From: an uncultured Eubacteriales bacterium
GTDB lineage: Bacteria > Bacillota > Clostridia > Christensenellales > CAG-138
DNA: 64,000 nucleotides
Direction of reading: 5' to 3'
NCBI GenBank assembly: GCA_900549955.1
Contig: URQH01000002.1
Coordinates: forward strand, 70,953-134,952
Below, in pieces: positions 1-9,622 of this stretch (the first letter of the stretch is position 1; each line of letters opens with the position of its first letter). Below the pieces are notes generated by a model that worked only from the letters and a program-made list of their open reading frames with translations, searched no databases and was not told where the DNA came from. Made by a program: the position numbers and the translations under genes.

Positions 1-1941
1 GGGCTGTACAGGCGCCTGCGGCGTGGCATACGGCCGCTGCGACGCGGATGCGGCGGGCGGCTCCGGCTGTACCGGCTGTACAGGCTGTACAGGCGCCCGC
101 GGCGTGGCTGTCTGCTTCCAATGCGGCTTCGCCGCGTCAAAAGGCCGATCAGTCGTCTGCTGTGGGCGCGTAAACTGTGCGCTATGACGCTGCACTACGA
201 CAGTTTCCTCTGTATTGTGCGCAATGCCATCGTCAAATTCCGGCACGACCGTCGGCATCAGCGGCCGCCTCGTCGGCGTGTAGTGCCTGCGGCGCTCATC
301 TGCTATGCGCACATAGTCCTCCGGTCCACGCGCTGAGGAAAGGCGCAATGGCTCCGGCGGCTCTTCTTCAAACGCGAGATCGATCGACTCGTCGACCGGC
401 TCATCCTCATCCTCATCTTCATCGCCATCCTCCAGTGCGAGGCCGCCCGTCTTGCGATGTTCCAACACCGCCAGCACGACCAGCGCGACAAAACATAGCA
501 GCAAGATGGCCCCGATCCCAATCAGCACCGTCGAAAGCGTCGCGTTCAAGCCGCTTACAAGGCCGCCCGATTGCTCGATAGTCGGCGTCGGGGAAGGCAG
601 AGGCGTCTCAGTCACTGTGGGATATGCCACGGTCAACATGGCGCTGGTCAACTGCCGCTCCGTCCCGGCCGGGTCGGTGCCCTTGATGGAAAACGTCAAA
701 TTGCGCGGCGAACCAATGACTAGGCTCTCCTCAAAGATGGTATCTCCAGCGGCCAACCGCTCATATGTGGCAAGGTCGCCGAGCGTGGATTCCATGAGCA
801 CCGCGTCCGTCAATTCCACGGCGCTGCCATTGCGGATCGTTACGCGCACACGGACGGCGCCCGTCTGCGCCGTCCACGGCTCGAGAATCTCGGGCAGCAG
901 TACGACGTCGAGCTGAGAGTCGTCCACAAACGGATGGACCTCATACGTCGTCTCATATGTCGGCTCATACTTCCCGCCGAGCGCGTCCTCTCCGGTCAGG
1001 CGGAACGCCACATTGCGCACCGGCTCGGTGGCGACGGGCACGACCAGATACGACAACGTCCGTTCTTCCCCTGGAGAAAGAGAGAAGGGATCTCCGTGCA
1101 CAGGATTGCTCAGCTCGTCCGTGATCTGAATCTCATTGACAGTCTGGTTGCCGTTGTTGACGGCCGTGATCGTGAACGGGACGCCGGCCGCCGTGGGCGT
1201 GCCCATCTCCACGCGCAGGTCGATTTGCACGTTGACCATGGACAGCGTGACCGGGTCGATGGCGGAGAACGTCTTGGTCTTGCCGTTCACCTCATAGGTG
1301 ACGATGGGGGCGGACACCACGTCCTCCGTGCCCATCGTATAGACAAAGGACTGGGTCAATGTGCCGCCTGCATTGAGCGTGTGGTTGCGGAAAATGGGGT
1401 TGTCGCTGATCTGCTCGTCGATGACCGTAATGTTGGTCATGTCAAACTTGGTATCGTTGGACAGCTCATAGGTCAGCGTAATGGTATCGCCCTGCTTGGC
1501 ATATGCGCTGCTGACCGTGCGCTGGATGGAGATCACAGGCTCGATCGCCCGCGCAATCGTCACCGGCACTTCGAGGGTGTGCGGTTCGCCATACTGGAGC
1601 CAGTTTACCTGAAACAGCAGCTCCAGGCCAATGCGCGAGTCCGGCACTTCATACAGCAGGGGGAACGTCGCCGACCCGCCCGGCGGGATGACGCAATCCT
1701 CCATGCCCTCAATCGTAAAAATAGCATTGTCAAGACCGATTGTAATCTCGTGCAACTCAAAGTCGGAGTGGTTGGAAACCTCAAACGTCAGCAAAACCGG
1801 TCCGCTTTCGGAGAGCTCCGCAGGATCGGCTGTCACCACGACGCCGACCTCGTCCGCAGCCAGCGCGGGCGCCGCAAGGGCAAGCGAAAGCAGCGCCAGC
1901 AGCGCCGTTACCAGCCAGAGCCCCTTACGTTTCATCTTCAT
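1..1941 (-). CDS. Cell-surface repeat protein; the 3' end lies beyond position 1, so the C-terminus is missing. It has a signal peptide, several Ig-like (DUF11/CARDB-type) repeats, one TM helix, then an acidic and Pro/Val/Gln-rich tail.
   Basis: My own translation of the minus strand from the ATG at 1941-1939 stays open for all 647 codons to the window edge. It is absent from the ORF track because no stop lies in the window. N-terminus MKMKRKGLWLVTALLALLSLALAAPALAADE is signal-peptide-like. About 100-aa repeats follow (e.g. GDTITLTYELSNDTKFDMTNITV, VPFTITAVNNGNQTVNEIQITD). TM segment is LIGIGAILLLCFVALVVLAVL, followed by EDGDEDEDEDE and PVQPVQPVQ. The ATG overlaps the yigZ stop (ATGA). Confidence 0.6.
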   Translation of the reverse strand, partial: MKMKRKGLWLVTALLALLSLALAAPALAADEVGVVVTADPAELSESGPVLLTFEVSNHSDFELHEITIGLDNAIFTIEGMEDCVIPPGGSATFPLLYEVPDSRIGLELLFQVNWLQYGEPHTLEVPVTIARAIEPVISIQRTVSSAYAKQGDTITLTYELSNDTKFDMTNITVIDEQISDNPIFRNHTLNAGGTLTQSFVYTMGTEDVVSAPIVTYEVNGKTKTFSAIDPVTLSMVNVQIDLRVEMGTPTAAGVPFTITAVNNGNQTVNEIQITDELSNPVHGDPFSLSPGEERTLSYLVVPVATEPVRNVAFRLTGEDALGGKYEPTYETTYEVHPFVDDSQLDVVLLPEILEPWTAQTGAVRVRVTIRNGSAVELTDAVLMESTLGDLATYERLAAGDTIFEESLVIGSPRNLTFSIKGTDPAGTERQLTSAMLTVAYPTVTETPLPSPTPTIEQSGGLVSGLNATLSTVLIGIGAILLLCFVALVVLAVLEHRKTGGLALEDGDEDEDEDEPVDESIDLAFEEEPPEPLRLSSARGPEDYVRIADERRRHYTPTRRPLMPTVVPEFDDGIAHNTEETVVVQRHSAQFTRPQQTTDRPFDAAKPHWKQTATPRAPVQPVQPVQPEPPAASASQRPYATPQAPVQP

Positions 1942-2600
1942 CACTCCTCTTCCGCTTCCTCACACGGGATATCCACCGTCACGGCAAACGCCCTGACCGT
2001 TTCGGCGCCCAGCCGCGGCGCGACCTTCCCGTCGGTCCGGTCCGTAATCTTTTCGCAAAGCGCGGCCGTTGCCTCCGTTGGCACCCATATCGCGGCCGTT
2101 ACCGCTTCGGCATACTGAACGTCCTCCTGCTGGCCGCCCTCCCGTAACAGCGGTTCCACGCGGCCCCAGAGCGCATAGGGCACGTCCACAGTGAGCAGCC
2201 GGCAGTCACGCATTTCGATCTGCCCGGCTGCGCGTACCGCAGCGGCCGTGGCGCGCGCATAAGCGCGCACCAGCCCGCCGGCGCCAAGCAGGATCCCGCC
2301 AAAGTAGCGCGTCACCACCACCAGCACGTCCGTCACGCCAATATGGCGCAACGTCTCCAGCATTGGCAGACCCGCCGTGCCGGAAGGCTCCCCATCGTCG
2401 GAAAAGCGGGCGCAGCCGCCCGTCCGCCCGATGGAGTAGGCAAAGCAGTTGTGCGTTGCATCCCAATGGCGCTTACGCACCTGCTCCAGCAAGCGCAGCG
2501 CCTCCTGCTCGTCCACCACCGGAAAACACCGCCCGATAAACCGGGAGCGTTTGATGACGATCTCCGCTTCGCTCGTCTGTTTTACGGTACGATATGCCAT
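1941..2600 (-). CDS. yigZ: YigZ / IMPACT-family (UPF0029) protein
   Basis: 219 aa. Contains KRSRFIG, HNCFAY, DDGEPSGTAGLPML and VVVTRYFGGILLGAGGL, typical of the IMPACT N-terminal domain. Confidence 0.85.
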   Translation of the reverse strand: MAYRTVKQTSEAEIVIKRSRFIGRCFPVVDEQEALRLLEQVRKRHWDATHNCFAYSIGRTGGCARFSDDGEPSGTAGLPMLETLRHIGVTDVLVVVTRYFGGILLGAGGLVRAYARATAAAVRAAGQIEMRDCRLLTVDVPYALWGRVEPLLREGGQQEDVQYAEAVTAAIWVPTEATAALCEKITDRTDGKVAPRLGAETVRAFAVTVDIPCEEAEEE

Positions 2601-3833
2601 TTACGCCCGCTTCATTCTGCAAAAGCTCTTTTTGCCCTTGCGAAGAATGACGCCGTCGCCATCGAGCGCCGCTGCCGGCAGCACCTCTGCAAAGGACTCC
2701 ACCTTGCGTTCCCCCGCATACACTGCGCCATCGCCAATGAGCCGGCGCGCATCCGACTTGGACTTGGCCAGCCCCGCCAGCACCAGCAGGTCCGGCAACC
2801 GCAGGCCGCTTTCCTCTACCTGCTGCCCGGTGAGCGCCACCGTGGGCATGTTGGAAAAGTCGCTGCCGCCGCCAAACAGCGCTTCCGCCGCCGCCTGCGC
2901 CTGCTGTGCCGCCTCCGTGCCATGCACCTGCTCGGTCAGCGTAAATGCCAGCGTACGCTTCGCCTCGTTGATCGCCGCGTCGCGCAGCGCGCCCAGCCGC
3001 CGCACCTCGTCCATCGGCAAAAACGTCAATAGCGCCAGGCAACGTTCCACGTCCGCATCGTCGACATTGCGCCAGTACTGGTAAAATTCATACGGACTGC
3101 AACGCTCCGGGTCGAGCCAGAGCGCGCCTTTTTCCGTCTTGCCCATCTTCTTGCCTTCGCTCGTGGTCAGCAGCGTGGTGGTCAGGGCATACGCGGGCTT
3201 GTGTTCCTTGCGGCGAATCAGATCCGCTCCGCCCAGGATGTTGCTCCACTGGTCGTCACCGCCCATCTGCAGCACGCAGCCGGTCTTGCGATGCAGAACG
3301 AGGAAATCATAGCTCTGCATGAGCATGTAGCTCATTTCAAAGAAGGTCAGGCCACGCTCCATACGCTGCTTGTAGCACTCGGCCCGCAACATGTTGTTGA
3401 CAGAAAAATGGACGCCAATGTCGCGCATGAACTCGAGGAAATTCAGCCCGCGGATCCACTCGGCGTTGTTGTATACCAGCGCCTTGCCGTCGGAAAAGTC
3501 GATCAGGCGCGCCATCTGCTTTTGGAAGCAGGCGGCATTGTGGTCGATCTCTTCGTTGGACATCATGCGCCGCATGTCCGTCTTGCCGGACGGGTCGCCG
3601 ATCATGGCCGTGCCGCCGCCGAGCAACACAATGGGACGGTGGCCTGCACGCTGCATATGCGCCATCGTCATCAGCGCCACATAGTGGCCGATGTGCAAAC
3701 TGTCTGCCGTCGGGTCAAACCCGATATAAAACGTGACCTTCTCCCTGCCGAGCAGGTCGCGCAGCTCTTCCGGATGCGAGCACTGTTTGAGGAAGCCGCG
3801 TTCCTCGAGCACGTCATAAACGTTTCGTTCCAT
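2601..3833 (-). CDS. tyrS: Tyrosine--tRNA ligase
   Basis: 410 aa. HIGH motif (DSLHIGHY), KMSKS-type motif (KKMGKT), and a C-terminal S4-like domain ([15 protein letters not shown]). Confidence 0.95.
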   Translation of the reverse strand: MERNVYDVLEERGFLKQCSHPEELRDLLGREKVTFYIGFDPTADSLHIGHYVALMTMAHMQRAGHRPIVLLGGGTAMIGDPSGKTDMRRMMSNEEIDHNAACFQKQMARLIDFSDGKALVYNNAEWIRGLNFLEFMRDIGVHFSVNNMLRAECYKQRMERGLTFFEMSYMLMQSYDFLVLHRKTGCVLQMGGDDQWSNILGGADLIRRKEHKPAYALTTTLLTTSEGKKMGKTEKGALWLDPERCSPYEFYQYWRNVDDADVERCLALLTFLPMDEVRRLGALRDAAINEAKRTLAFTLTEQVHGTEAAQQAQAAAEALFGGGSDFSNMPTVALTGQQVEESGLRLPDLLVLAGLAKSKSDARRLIGDGAVYAGERKVESFAEVLPAAALDGDGVILRKGKKSFCRMKRA

Positions 3834-3863
3834 TTCCCTTTCTCCTCTTACCCAGATGACGAT

Positions 3864-3892
3864 ATCATATCAAACAATGGGCAAAAGCGCAA
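3864..3892 (-). promoter_or_regulatory. Candidate sigmaA promoter for tyrS: TTGCGC-17-TATGAT with a TGn extension
   Basis: Minus strand reads TTGCGC ttttgcccattgtttga TATGAT, about 30 nt upstream of the tyrS ATG. Confidence 0.4.
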
Positions 3893-3994
3893 CTTGAGCA
3901 GGCGCCGGCACGCGGCCAAATGGTGTAAAGTTATCAAATCGGTAACATTTTCCGTGCGTTGCACGCTGTAGCCGATCCCAGCCGTGAGCAGCAT

Positions 3995-4030
3995 ACAAAA
4001 AAGGGCACGTTCACAGGAACGCGCCCTTTT
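3995..4030 (-). terminator. Intrinsic terminator downstream of rpmE
   Basis: Minus strand reads AAAAGGGCGCG-ttcctgtgaa-CGTGCCCTTTTTTG: a GC stem with one mismatch followed by a T-run. Confidence 0.6.
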
Positions 4031-4043
4031 CTCAAACGGAATC

Positions 4044-4241
4044 TTACATGCCGTAACGCTTCTTGAAGCGATCGACACGTCCGCCACTGTCCACCAGCTT
4101 TTGACGGCCGGTATAGAACGGGTGGCACTTGCTGCAAATTTCAACCTTCAGCTCTCCGCGAGTCGAGCCAGTGGTAAACGTCTCGCCGCACGCGCAGCGA
4201 ACCGTTGCTTCGCCGTAAGACGGGTGGATGTCCTTTTTCAT
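4044..4241 (-). CDS. rpmE: 50S ribosomal protein L31 (Zn-binding type A)
   Basis: 65 aa, MKKDIHPSY...VRCACGETF...[13 protein letters not shown]. Confidence 0.95.
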   Translation of the reverse strand: MKKDIHPSYGEATVRCACGETFTTGSTRGELKVEICSKCHPFYTGRQKLVDSGGRVDRFKKRYGM

Positions 4242-4276
4242 GCTCTTTCACTCCTTAAAAAACACTGCCAACGGCT

Positions 4277-4337
4277 ATTATAGCCGCAACAAGCAAAAAA
4301 TGCAAGCTTATTCTTATTAATTACTTCTAATTACTTC
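4277..4337 (-). promoter_or_regulatory. Consensus-like sigmaA promoter for rpmE (TTGCAT-17-TATAAT) with an AT-rich UP-like tract
   Basis: Minus strand reads TTGCAT tttttgcttgttgcggc TATAAT (-35 at 4300-4305, -10 at 4277-4282). Upstream is an AT-rich island containing a tandem 10-mer, GAAGTAATTA x2 (4318-4337), that overlaps the rho stop codon. Confidence 0.55.
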
Positions 4338-6165
4338 ATTTTCCAAAGCGATTGGAAGCGGTATACCCATCTTTTTCATAAATGCGCACCCACTCTTTGA
4401 TCCGCTGCAGAAACTCCTCGTTCGTGTTCGTCTTAGCCAGCATGCCAATCAGCTGCTCCGTCACTTCCGCAGGATTGCCGCCCGCAAGTACGCGCCGGAT
4501 GGTACGCACGCCATCCAGCTCTTCCTGCGACAACAACAGATCGTCGCGGCGCGTGCCGGACTTATAGATATCGATAGCCGGGAAAATCCGCTTTTCGGAC
4601 AACTTTCGATCCAGGTGGATTTCCATATTGCCCGTGCCCTTGAATTCTTCATAGACCATATCGTCCATGCGGCTGCCCGTCTCCGACAAGGCGGTCGCAA
4701 TGACCGTAAGGCTGCCGCCGTTTTCGATGTTCCGGGCGGCGCCGAAAAACCGCTTGGGCTTGTGCAGCGCGCCTGGGTCCATGCCGCCGGAAAGCGTGCG
4801 CCCCGTGGGCGGAATCGTCAGGTTGTATGCGCGCGCCAGGCGCGTGAGGCTGTCCATCAGGATGACGACGTCCTTGCCGTGCTCGACCAGGCGCATGGCC
4901 CGCTCCAGCACCATCTCCGCCACGCGGGTATGATGCTCCGGCAGCTCGTCAAAGGTAGAATACAGCACTTCGCCGCGAATGGACCGCTGCATATCGGTCA
5001 CCTCTTCCGGCCGCTCGTCGATCAACAGCACGATGAGATGCGAATCAGGATAGTTGTCGGCAATGCCGTTGGCAATGCTCTTGAGCAGCGTAGTCTTGCC
5101 GGCTTTCGGCTGCGAGACGATCATCGCACGTTGTCCCTTGCCGATGGGCGCGATCAGGTCGATCAGGCGGATGGACAGGTCGTTTTTCGCGCCCGTCCGC
5201 TCGAGCGTGTACCGCTCGTTCGGAAAGATGGGAACCAGGTTTTCAAACGGTACGCGCTCGCTGAGCCGTTCCGGGTCCTCGCCGTTGACAGCCGTGATGT
5301 ACAACAGCGCCAAAAAGCGCTCGTTTTCCTTCGACGGGCGGGTCTTGCCCGTGACCAGGTCGCCGGTGCGCAGGCCAAACCGCCGAATCTGCGCAATCGA
5401 GACATACACGTCGTGCGCGCCGGACAGGTAGTTTTCCGAGCGCAGGAAGCCATAGCCATCCGGCAGCACTTCGAGAACGCCTTCCGCGTCGCCACACTCG
5501 CCCGTCTGGAGCATCTCCGGCACAGCCGGGTTGCTCGTGCCATAGTCCTTGTTGTAATAGCCCTCCTGGCGATTGCGATAGCGACGCTCTTCTTCGTAGC
5601 CGTTTTCCACAGGGGCATAGCCCCCCTGCTGCTGATAGCCGCCCTGCTGTTGATAGCCGCCGCGGTGCTGGTAATTGCCCTGATATCCCGCCTGCTGATA
5701 TCCGCCACCCTGGTAGCCCCCCTGCTGGTAACCACCCTGCTGATATCCGCCGCCCTGATACCCGCCCTGCTGATAGCTGCGGCGCGGCTGATACCCGCCC
5801 TGCTGATAGCCGCGGCTTTCATAGGATGGCTTTTGATAGCTTTGCGGACGCGGCGTGTACGACGCGCGCATCCGCGGCGCAGACAGGTCATGCACCGTCA
5901 CAGGCGCGCTGCCTGCGCGCTGGGCCGGCGACGGCACAGCTTCTCCCACAGGTTCCGACGTCTCCTTCTGTACTGTCGGTTCAGCAGCGGCATTTGCCGG
6001 CTCGGCGACTTCGTCTGCCGCCTCGTTTTGCGGCACGACGCCCCCATTCATAATGATCCGGACCAGCTCCGGTTTTCGATACTTGGTAATCGACTTTACG
6101 CCCTGGAGTTTTGCGATTTCGCGCAAATCACCAAGACTCTTGGCCTCTAATTGCTCTTGATTCAA
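4336..6165 (-). CDS. rho: Transcription termination factor Rho with a long low-complexity N-terminal insertion
   Basis: 609 aa. Rho_N/SAP-like start ([25 protein letters not shown]), cold-shock-like RNA-binding domain ([15 protein letters not shown]), Walker A ([11 protein letters not shown]), RecA-type core. About 190 aa of disordered sequence sits between Rho_N and the CSD. The start codon is TTG, preceded by GAGGAG. Confidence 0.95.
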   Translation of the reverse strand: MNQEQLEAKSLGDLREIAKLQGVKSITKYRKPELVRIIMNGGVVPQNEAADEVAEPANAAAEPTVQKETSEPVGEAVPSPAQRAGSAPVTVHDLSAPRMRASYTPRPQSYQKPSYESRGYQQGGYQPRRSYQQGGYQGGGYQQGGYQQGGYQGGGYQQAGYQGNYQHRGGYQQQGGYQQQGGYAPVENGYEEERRYRNRQEGYYNKDYGTSNPAVPEMLQTGECGDAEGVLEVLPDGYGFLRSENYLSGAHDVYVSIAQIRRFGLRTGDLVTGKTRPSKENERFLALLYITAVNGEDPERLSERVPFENLVPIFPNERYTLERTGAKNDLSIRLIDLIAPIGKGQRAMIVSQPKAGKTTLLKSIANGIADNYPDSHLIVLLIDERPEEVTDMQRSIRGEVLYSTFDELPEHHTRVAEMVLERAMRLVEHGKDVVILMDSLTRLARAYNLTIPPTGRTLSGGMDPGALHKPKRFFGAARNIENGGSLTVIATALSETGSRMDDMVYEEFKGTGNMEIHLDRKLSEKRIFPAIDIYKSGTRRDDLLLSQEELDGVRTIRRVLAGGNPAEVTEQLIGMLAKTNTNEEFLQRIKEWVRIYEKDGYTASNRFGK

Positions 6166-6362
6166 TTTATTGCTCCTCTCTTAACGGGAAATGAATAAAG
6201 ATATAAAAAGATGCACGCATCCGTATGCAGCCAATATCCACTCAATATAATCATACTCCCCAGTCTACCCGGTGTCAAGCTGGGACCGGACGGTTTTCAC
6301 ATCTTTCTCACGATTCGACGCCCTGCATACGCAGTTTCGTTCCATTTGAAGTACATTTAGCC

Positions 6363-6391
6363 GCATACCTGTCCCAGAAGCCGCATAGGAT
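6363..6391 (+). promoter_or_regulatory. Candidate sigmaE-type promoter for yabP-yabQ-divIC
   Basis: GCATACC-N14-CATAGGAT compared with the B. subtilis sigmaE consensus (about kmATATT-N14-CATACAhT). It lies about 40 nt upstream of the yabP ATG. The same GCATACC heptamer occurs upstream of spoIVFA. Confidence 0.3.
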
Positions 6392-6433
6392 GTGGCAAAC
6401 GGCAACGTATCTTCATGCCTGGGGGGATTGCAT

Positions 6434-6730
6434 ATGAACGATCGCAGGGACACCGAACTGACCAAGCTCCGCCCGCGCGCACACAGCATCCACATCGACA
6501 ACCGGATGCGCATCAGCGTGACGGGCGTTGCGGATGTGGAGAGCTTCAACGAGCAGGACGTCATGCTGATGACCGAAGCAGGGCCGCTGAACATCGTGGG
6601 TACCAACCTCCATCTTGCAAAATTAAACCTTGAGGACGGGCAAATCAGCATCGAGGGCGAGATCCTGGCGCTCGACTATGAGCCGCCGGAAAGCGAGCGC
6701 CGCGGACTGTTCGGCAAGGTGTTCCGCTGA
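6434..6730 (+). CDS. yabP: Sporulation protein YabP
   Basis: YabP/YqfC-family core (RISVTGVADVESFNEQDVMLMTEAGPLNIVGTNLHLAKLNLEDGQISIEGEI). I chose the ATG at 6434, preceded by GGGGGG. The track ORF starts at 6392. Confidence 0.85.
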   Translation: MNDRRDTELTKLRPRAHSIHIDNRMRISVTGVADVESFNEQDVMLMTEAGPLNIVGTNLHLAKLNLEDGQISIEGEILALDYEPPESERRGLFGKVFR

Positions 6731-6731
6731 A

Positions 6732-7055
6732 ATGTCCGAGCAGATCGTCGCACAGCCCTATATCGCGCTTACCTGCCTGTACGCCGGCCTCGCCTGTGGA
6801 TTGACTTACGACCTGCTCAGGTTGCCTCGCTATCTGTGCCGGTTGCGGATTGTCGAGGGGCTGTGCGACCTGCTATTCGTCGTGTCGCTCGGCGTAGTTC
6901 TCGCCGCAACACTGCTGCTCACCACCGGCGGCAAGTTGCGGCTCTATCTGTTCCTCTTTGCCGGCGCCGGTTTCGCCGTCGAACAGTTTGCCGTATTTGG
7001 AACGATTTCACGCATCGTTCACACACGCGCTCGCAAAAGGACTGGAAACTGCTGA
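6732..7055 (+). CDS. yabQ: Spore cortex biosynthesis protein YabQ-like small membrane protein
   Basis: 107 aa with three hydrophobic helices, immediately after yabP and before divIC, as in B. subtilis yabP-yabQ-divIC. Internal ATG at 6732 of track ORF 6630..7055. Confidence 0.65.
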   Translation: MSEQIVAQPYIALTCLYAGLACGLTYDLLRLPRYLCRLRIVEGLCDLLFVVSLGVVLAATLLLTTGGKLRLYLFLFAGAGFAVEQFAVFGTISRIVHTRARKRTGNC

Positions 7056-7076
7056 AAAATATGCTATACTTAGTAT

Positions 7077-7358
7077 ATGGCCAAGCAGTTTCGTTTTAAA
7101 CTCAAAGCGCGGTATGTCATCCTGGCGTTTTTGCTGGCATTTTGTATTCTTGGCGGCATCTATCTGTCCCAGCAGACCAAAATGACCACCATCGCCGAGG
7201 ACACCGCCGCGTTGCAGGCACAGCTGGACGCGCTCCGGGTGGAGGAAGAGCGTCTGGAACGCATGCTCGAATATATGCAGACAGACGACTATCTGCTGCA
7301 ATATGCGCGGGAAAAGCTGGGCTATGTATTTCCCGACGACATTAAGTTTTATGAGTAA
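7077..7358 (+). CDS. divIC: Septum formation initiator (FtsB/DivIC family)
   Basis: 93 aa: N-terminal TM (YVILAFLLAFCILGGIYL), a coiled coil, and the C-terminal motif YAREKLGYVFPDD. Confidence 0.75.
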   Translation: MAKQFRFKLKARYVILAFLLAFCILGGIYLSQQTKMTTIAEDTAALQAQLDALRVEEERLERMLEYMQTDDYLLQYAREKLGYVFPDDIKFYE

Positions 7359-8238
7359 CCAACAATTCCCTGCCGCTTCCCGGCGGATCGCCATCGTCGA
7401 TATCGGAAGCAATTCCATCCGCTACATGGAGGCCGAACACAGCGCTGTTGGGCCTGTTTTTTCGCGAAAGGAAGTCTACACCACGCGTCTGGCCGAAGGT
7501 CTACTCGCAACCGGCTGCCTCTCCGAAGCGCGCATGGCCCAGTCGCTCGACGTGCTGCGCCGGCTCGCCGTGCAGGCTGCGGCTCATGGGTGCCGGCCCT
7601 ACGCCTATGCCACCAGCGCCGTCCGCGACGCGCGGAACCGGGAATCGTTTGTTGGGCGCATAGCGCTTGCAACCGGCATGCCGGTCCGAGTACTTGCCGG
7701 CAACGAGGAGGCAGCCTTTGCCTATGTAGGCGCGACAGGCGGTCGTGGCGGGCTGATCGACATCGGCGGGGGCAGCACGCAGGTGACGTGTGGCGCCTTC
7801 CGGCAAAGCTTCCCACTGGGCTGCGTGCGCGTCAAGGATCTATGCGGCGACCGGCCCCTCGCAGAGAGCAGGCGCATGATGCAGGCCCCTTTCGCCGAGA
7901 CGTTCCAGCTCCCCCCGCTGCCGCAGACGCAATGGACGGCCGTCGGCGGCACGTCCACCACCCTGGCCGCGCTGCACCTGCATCTTGAACAATACGACCC
8001 CGTACAGGTCGCCCGATGTCAGATGACGTTGGGCGACGTACAGGCGCTGCTCTGCCGGCTGGACGACCTGGGCGATGCGGGGCGCAGTGCGTTGCCGCTG
8101 CTCGCCCAGCGGCACGACGTCATCCTGGGCGGGGGCGCCATCCTGACCTGGTTGATGGAGCGGCTGTCGATCGTACAAATTGCCTTTTCCGATGCAGACG
8201 GCATGGAAGGATACGCAAGGTCGATACTGGGGTGCTGA
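7351..8238 (+). CDS. Ppx/GppA-family phosphatase (exopolyphosphatase-like)
   Basis: IAIVDIGSNSIRY and IDIGGGSTQ ASKHA-fold motifs. ATG at 7351 overlaps the divIC end by 8 nt. The track ORF starts at 7303. Confidence 0.85.
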   Translation: MSNQQFPAASRRIAIVDIGSNSIRYMEAEHSAVGPVFSRKEVYTTRLAEGLLATGCLSEARMAQSLDVLRRLAVQAAAHGCRPYAYATSAVRDARNRESFVGRIALATGMPVRVLAGNEEAAFAYVGATGGRGGLIDIGGGSTQVTCGAFRQSFPLGCVRVKDLCGDRPLAESRRMMQAPFAETFQLPPLPQTQWTAVGGTSTTLAALHLHLEQYDPVQVARCQMTLGDVQALLCRLDDLGDAGRSALPLLAQRHDVILGGGAILTWLMERLSIVQIAFSDADGMEGYARSILGC

Positions 8239-8263
8239 GAAAGCATGTACAACCGCATGAAAA

Positions 8264-8297
8264 GCGCCGCCCGGTTCCTGTAGGAACCGGGCGGCGC
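8264..8297. terminator. Bidirectional hairpin between the convergent ppx-like and htrA genes
   Basis: Perfect 15-bp inverted repeat, GCGCCGCCCGGTTCC tgta GGAACCGGGCGGCGC. Confidence 0.7.
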
Positions 8298-8314
8298 CAT
8301 AATGCCCGATCCAG

Positions 8315-9622
8315 TTACCGCGTAGGATCCACCTCGTCAAAATTCATCTGGTTCTTATCCTCCAGCACGATCTCACAGGTCAACGTCTCGCCCGATCGAT
8401 AGACCTCGACGACGATGGTATCGCCAATGGCACAGCCGCCGATCATGTCAATCAGCTGCGACTGCTCCGTAATGGCCTGCCCGTTGGCAGAAAGGATGAT
8501 ATCGCCCGCGCGCAACCCGGCGCGCGACGCAGGTCCGCCCGCCACGACGCTGTCGACATAGACGCCTGAGGACAGCGGCAGATCCATCTGCGCGGCAATG
8601 GCCTCCGTCAACGTATAGACCGTGATGCCGACGGCCGGGCGCTGAATGCCGCCCTCTGTCACCAGAAGCTCCATGATCTCGCGCACCGTATTGATCGGCA
8701 GCGCAAACCCGATCCCCTCCGCGCTGACGGCATTGCCATACTCATCATACCCGGCAGTGATGGACTTGGCGCTGTTCATGCCGACGACCTCGCCACGCAT
8801 GTTGAGCAGCGGACCACCGCTGTTGCCAAAGTTGATCGCCGCGTCGGTCTGCAAATAGGTGTTGGTATGCCCGTCGATCGTGATCTCCCGCGCGCTGGCA
8901 GAGATCACGCCGAAGGTCGTCGTGTTGGCGAGGCGGTCGGTATCGAGCGGGTTGCCGATGGCGACGACAAATTCGCCCACGCGCACGTCATCCGAGTTGC
9001 CTATCGCCACCGGCACGAGCCCCGCATGTTCCACTTTCAGGACGGCCACGTCCGTCTCATTGTCCGCGCCGATCAGGGCCGCCGGCACCTCCTCGCCGGT
9101 GGAGAGCAGCACGGTGATCTCCTCCGCGCCCTCAATCACATGCGCATTGGTCAGGATATATCCCTCGCTGGAGACGATGAACCCGCTGCCGCTGCCATAG
9201 ATCGACAGCATGCGCCGTTCCCCGAACATCTGCGTGGTATAGTTGATGACGCCCACGACGGAGGGCGACGCCGCGTCAAAGATATCCGGGATGGGGTTGG
9301 CCTGCAACCAGGGCTCGATACCCTCCAGTTCCGGCGCCACGCCATCCAACTCCGGCATATCGCGGCCGCCCGGCACGGGCGTGGACGCCGGCAAAGTGGG
9401 CGCCGGCTGTGTCGGCTCCGGCCCTGTGGGGAAGCCGGGCGTGGGGAACGCGGCTTCCCAATCCCTCCAGTTCAGAAAGCGTTCGCCGCGCAGTACCACC
9501 GAAAGCACCAGCAGCACGGCCAGCACGGCGACCAGCACGATGACTGTAATGCCAAATCCGCCAATCCGACGACGCCGCGGGCGCTCGCCCTGCGGAAAGG
9601 GGTATTGTCCATTAAATTCCAT
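8315..9622 (-). CDS. htrA: HtrA/DegP-family serine protease with one TM anchor and a PDZ domain
   Basis: Catalytic H (TNAHVI), D (DVAVLK) and S (GNSGGPLL), with a PDZ-like C-terminus. Internal ATG at 9622 (MEFNGQ...) overlaps the kinase stop by 11 nt. The N-terminal 100 aa of the track ORF is Arg-rich shadow sequence. Confidence 0.9.
   Translation of the reverse strand: MEFNGQYPFPQGERPRRRRIGGFGITVIVLVAVLAVLLVLSVVLRGERFLNWRDWEAAFPTPGFPTGPEPTQPAPTLPASTPVPGGRDMPELDGVAPELEGIEPWLQANPIPDIFDAASPSVVGVINYTTQMFGERRMLSIYGSGSGFIVSSEGYILTNAHVIEGAEEITVLLSTGEEVPAALIGADNETDVAVLKVEHAGLVPVAIGNSDDVRVGEFVVAIGNPLDTDRLANTTTFGVISASAREITIDGHTNTYLQTDAAINFGNSGGPLLNMRGEVVGMNSAKSITAGYDEYGNAVSAEGIGFALPINTVREIMELLVTEGGIQRPAVGITVYTLTEAIAAQMDLPLSSGVYVDSVVAGGPASRAGLRAGDIILSANGQAITEQSQLIDMIGGCAIGDTIVVEVYRSGETLTCEIVLEDKNQMNFDEVDPTR

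Noticed and set aside
3834-4043. Expected a T-box leader upstream of tyrS
   Set aside because: Only about 160 nt separate the rpmE terminator from the tyrS ATG. A plausible promoter sits about 30 nt from the start. I find no specifier-loop/T-box sequence (AAnnnGGGTGGTACCGCG-like) and no terminator/antiterminator pair. tyrS therefore appears not to be T-box regulated here, though this is by-eye only.
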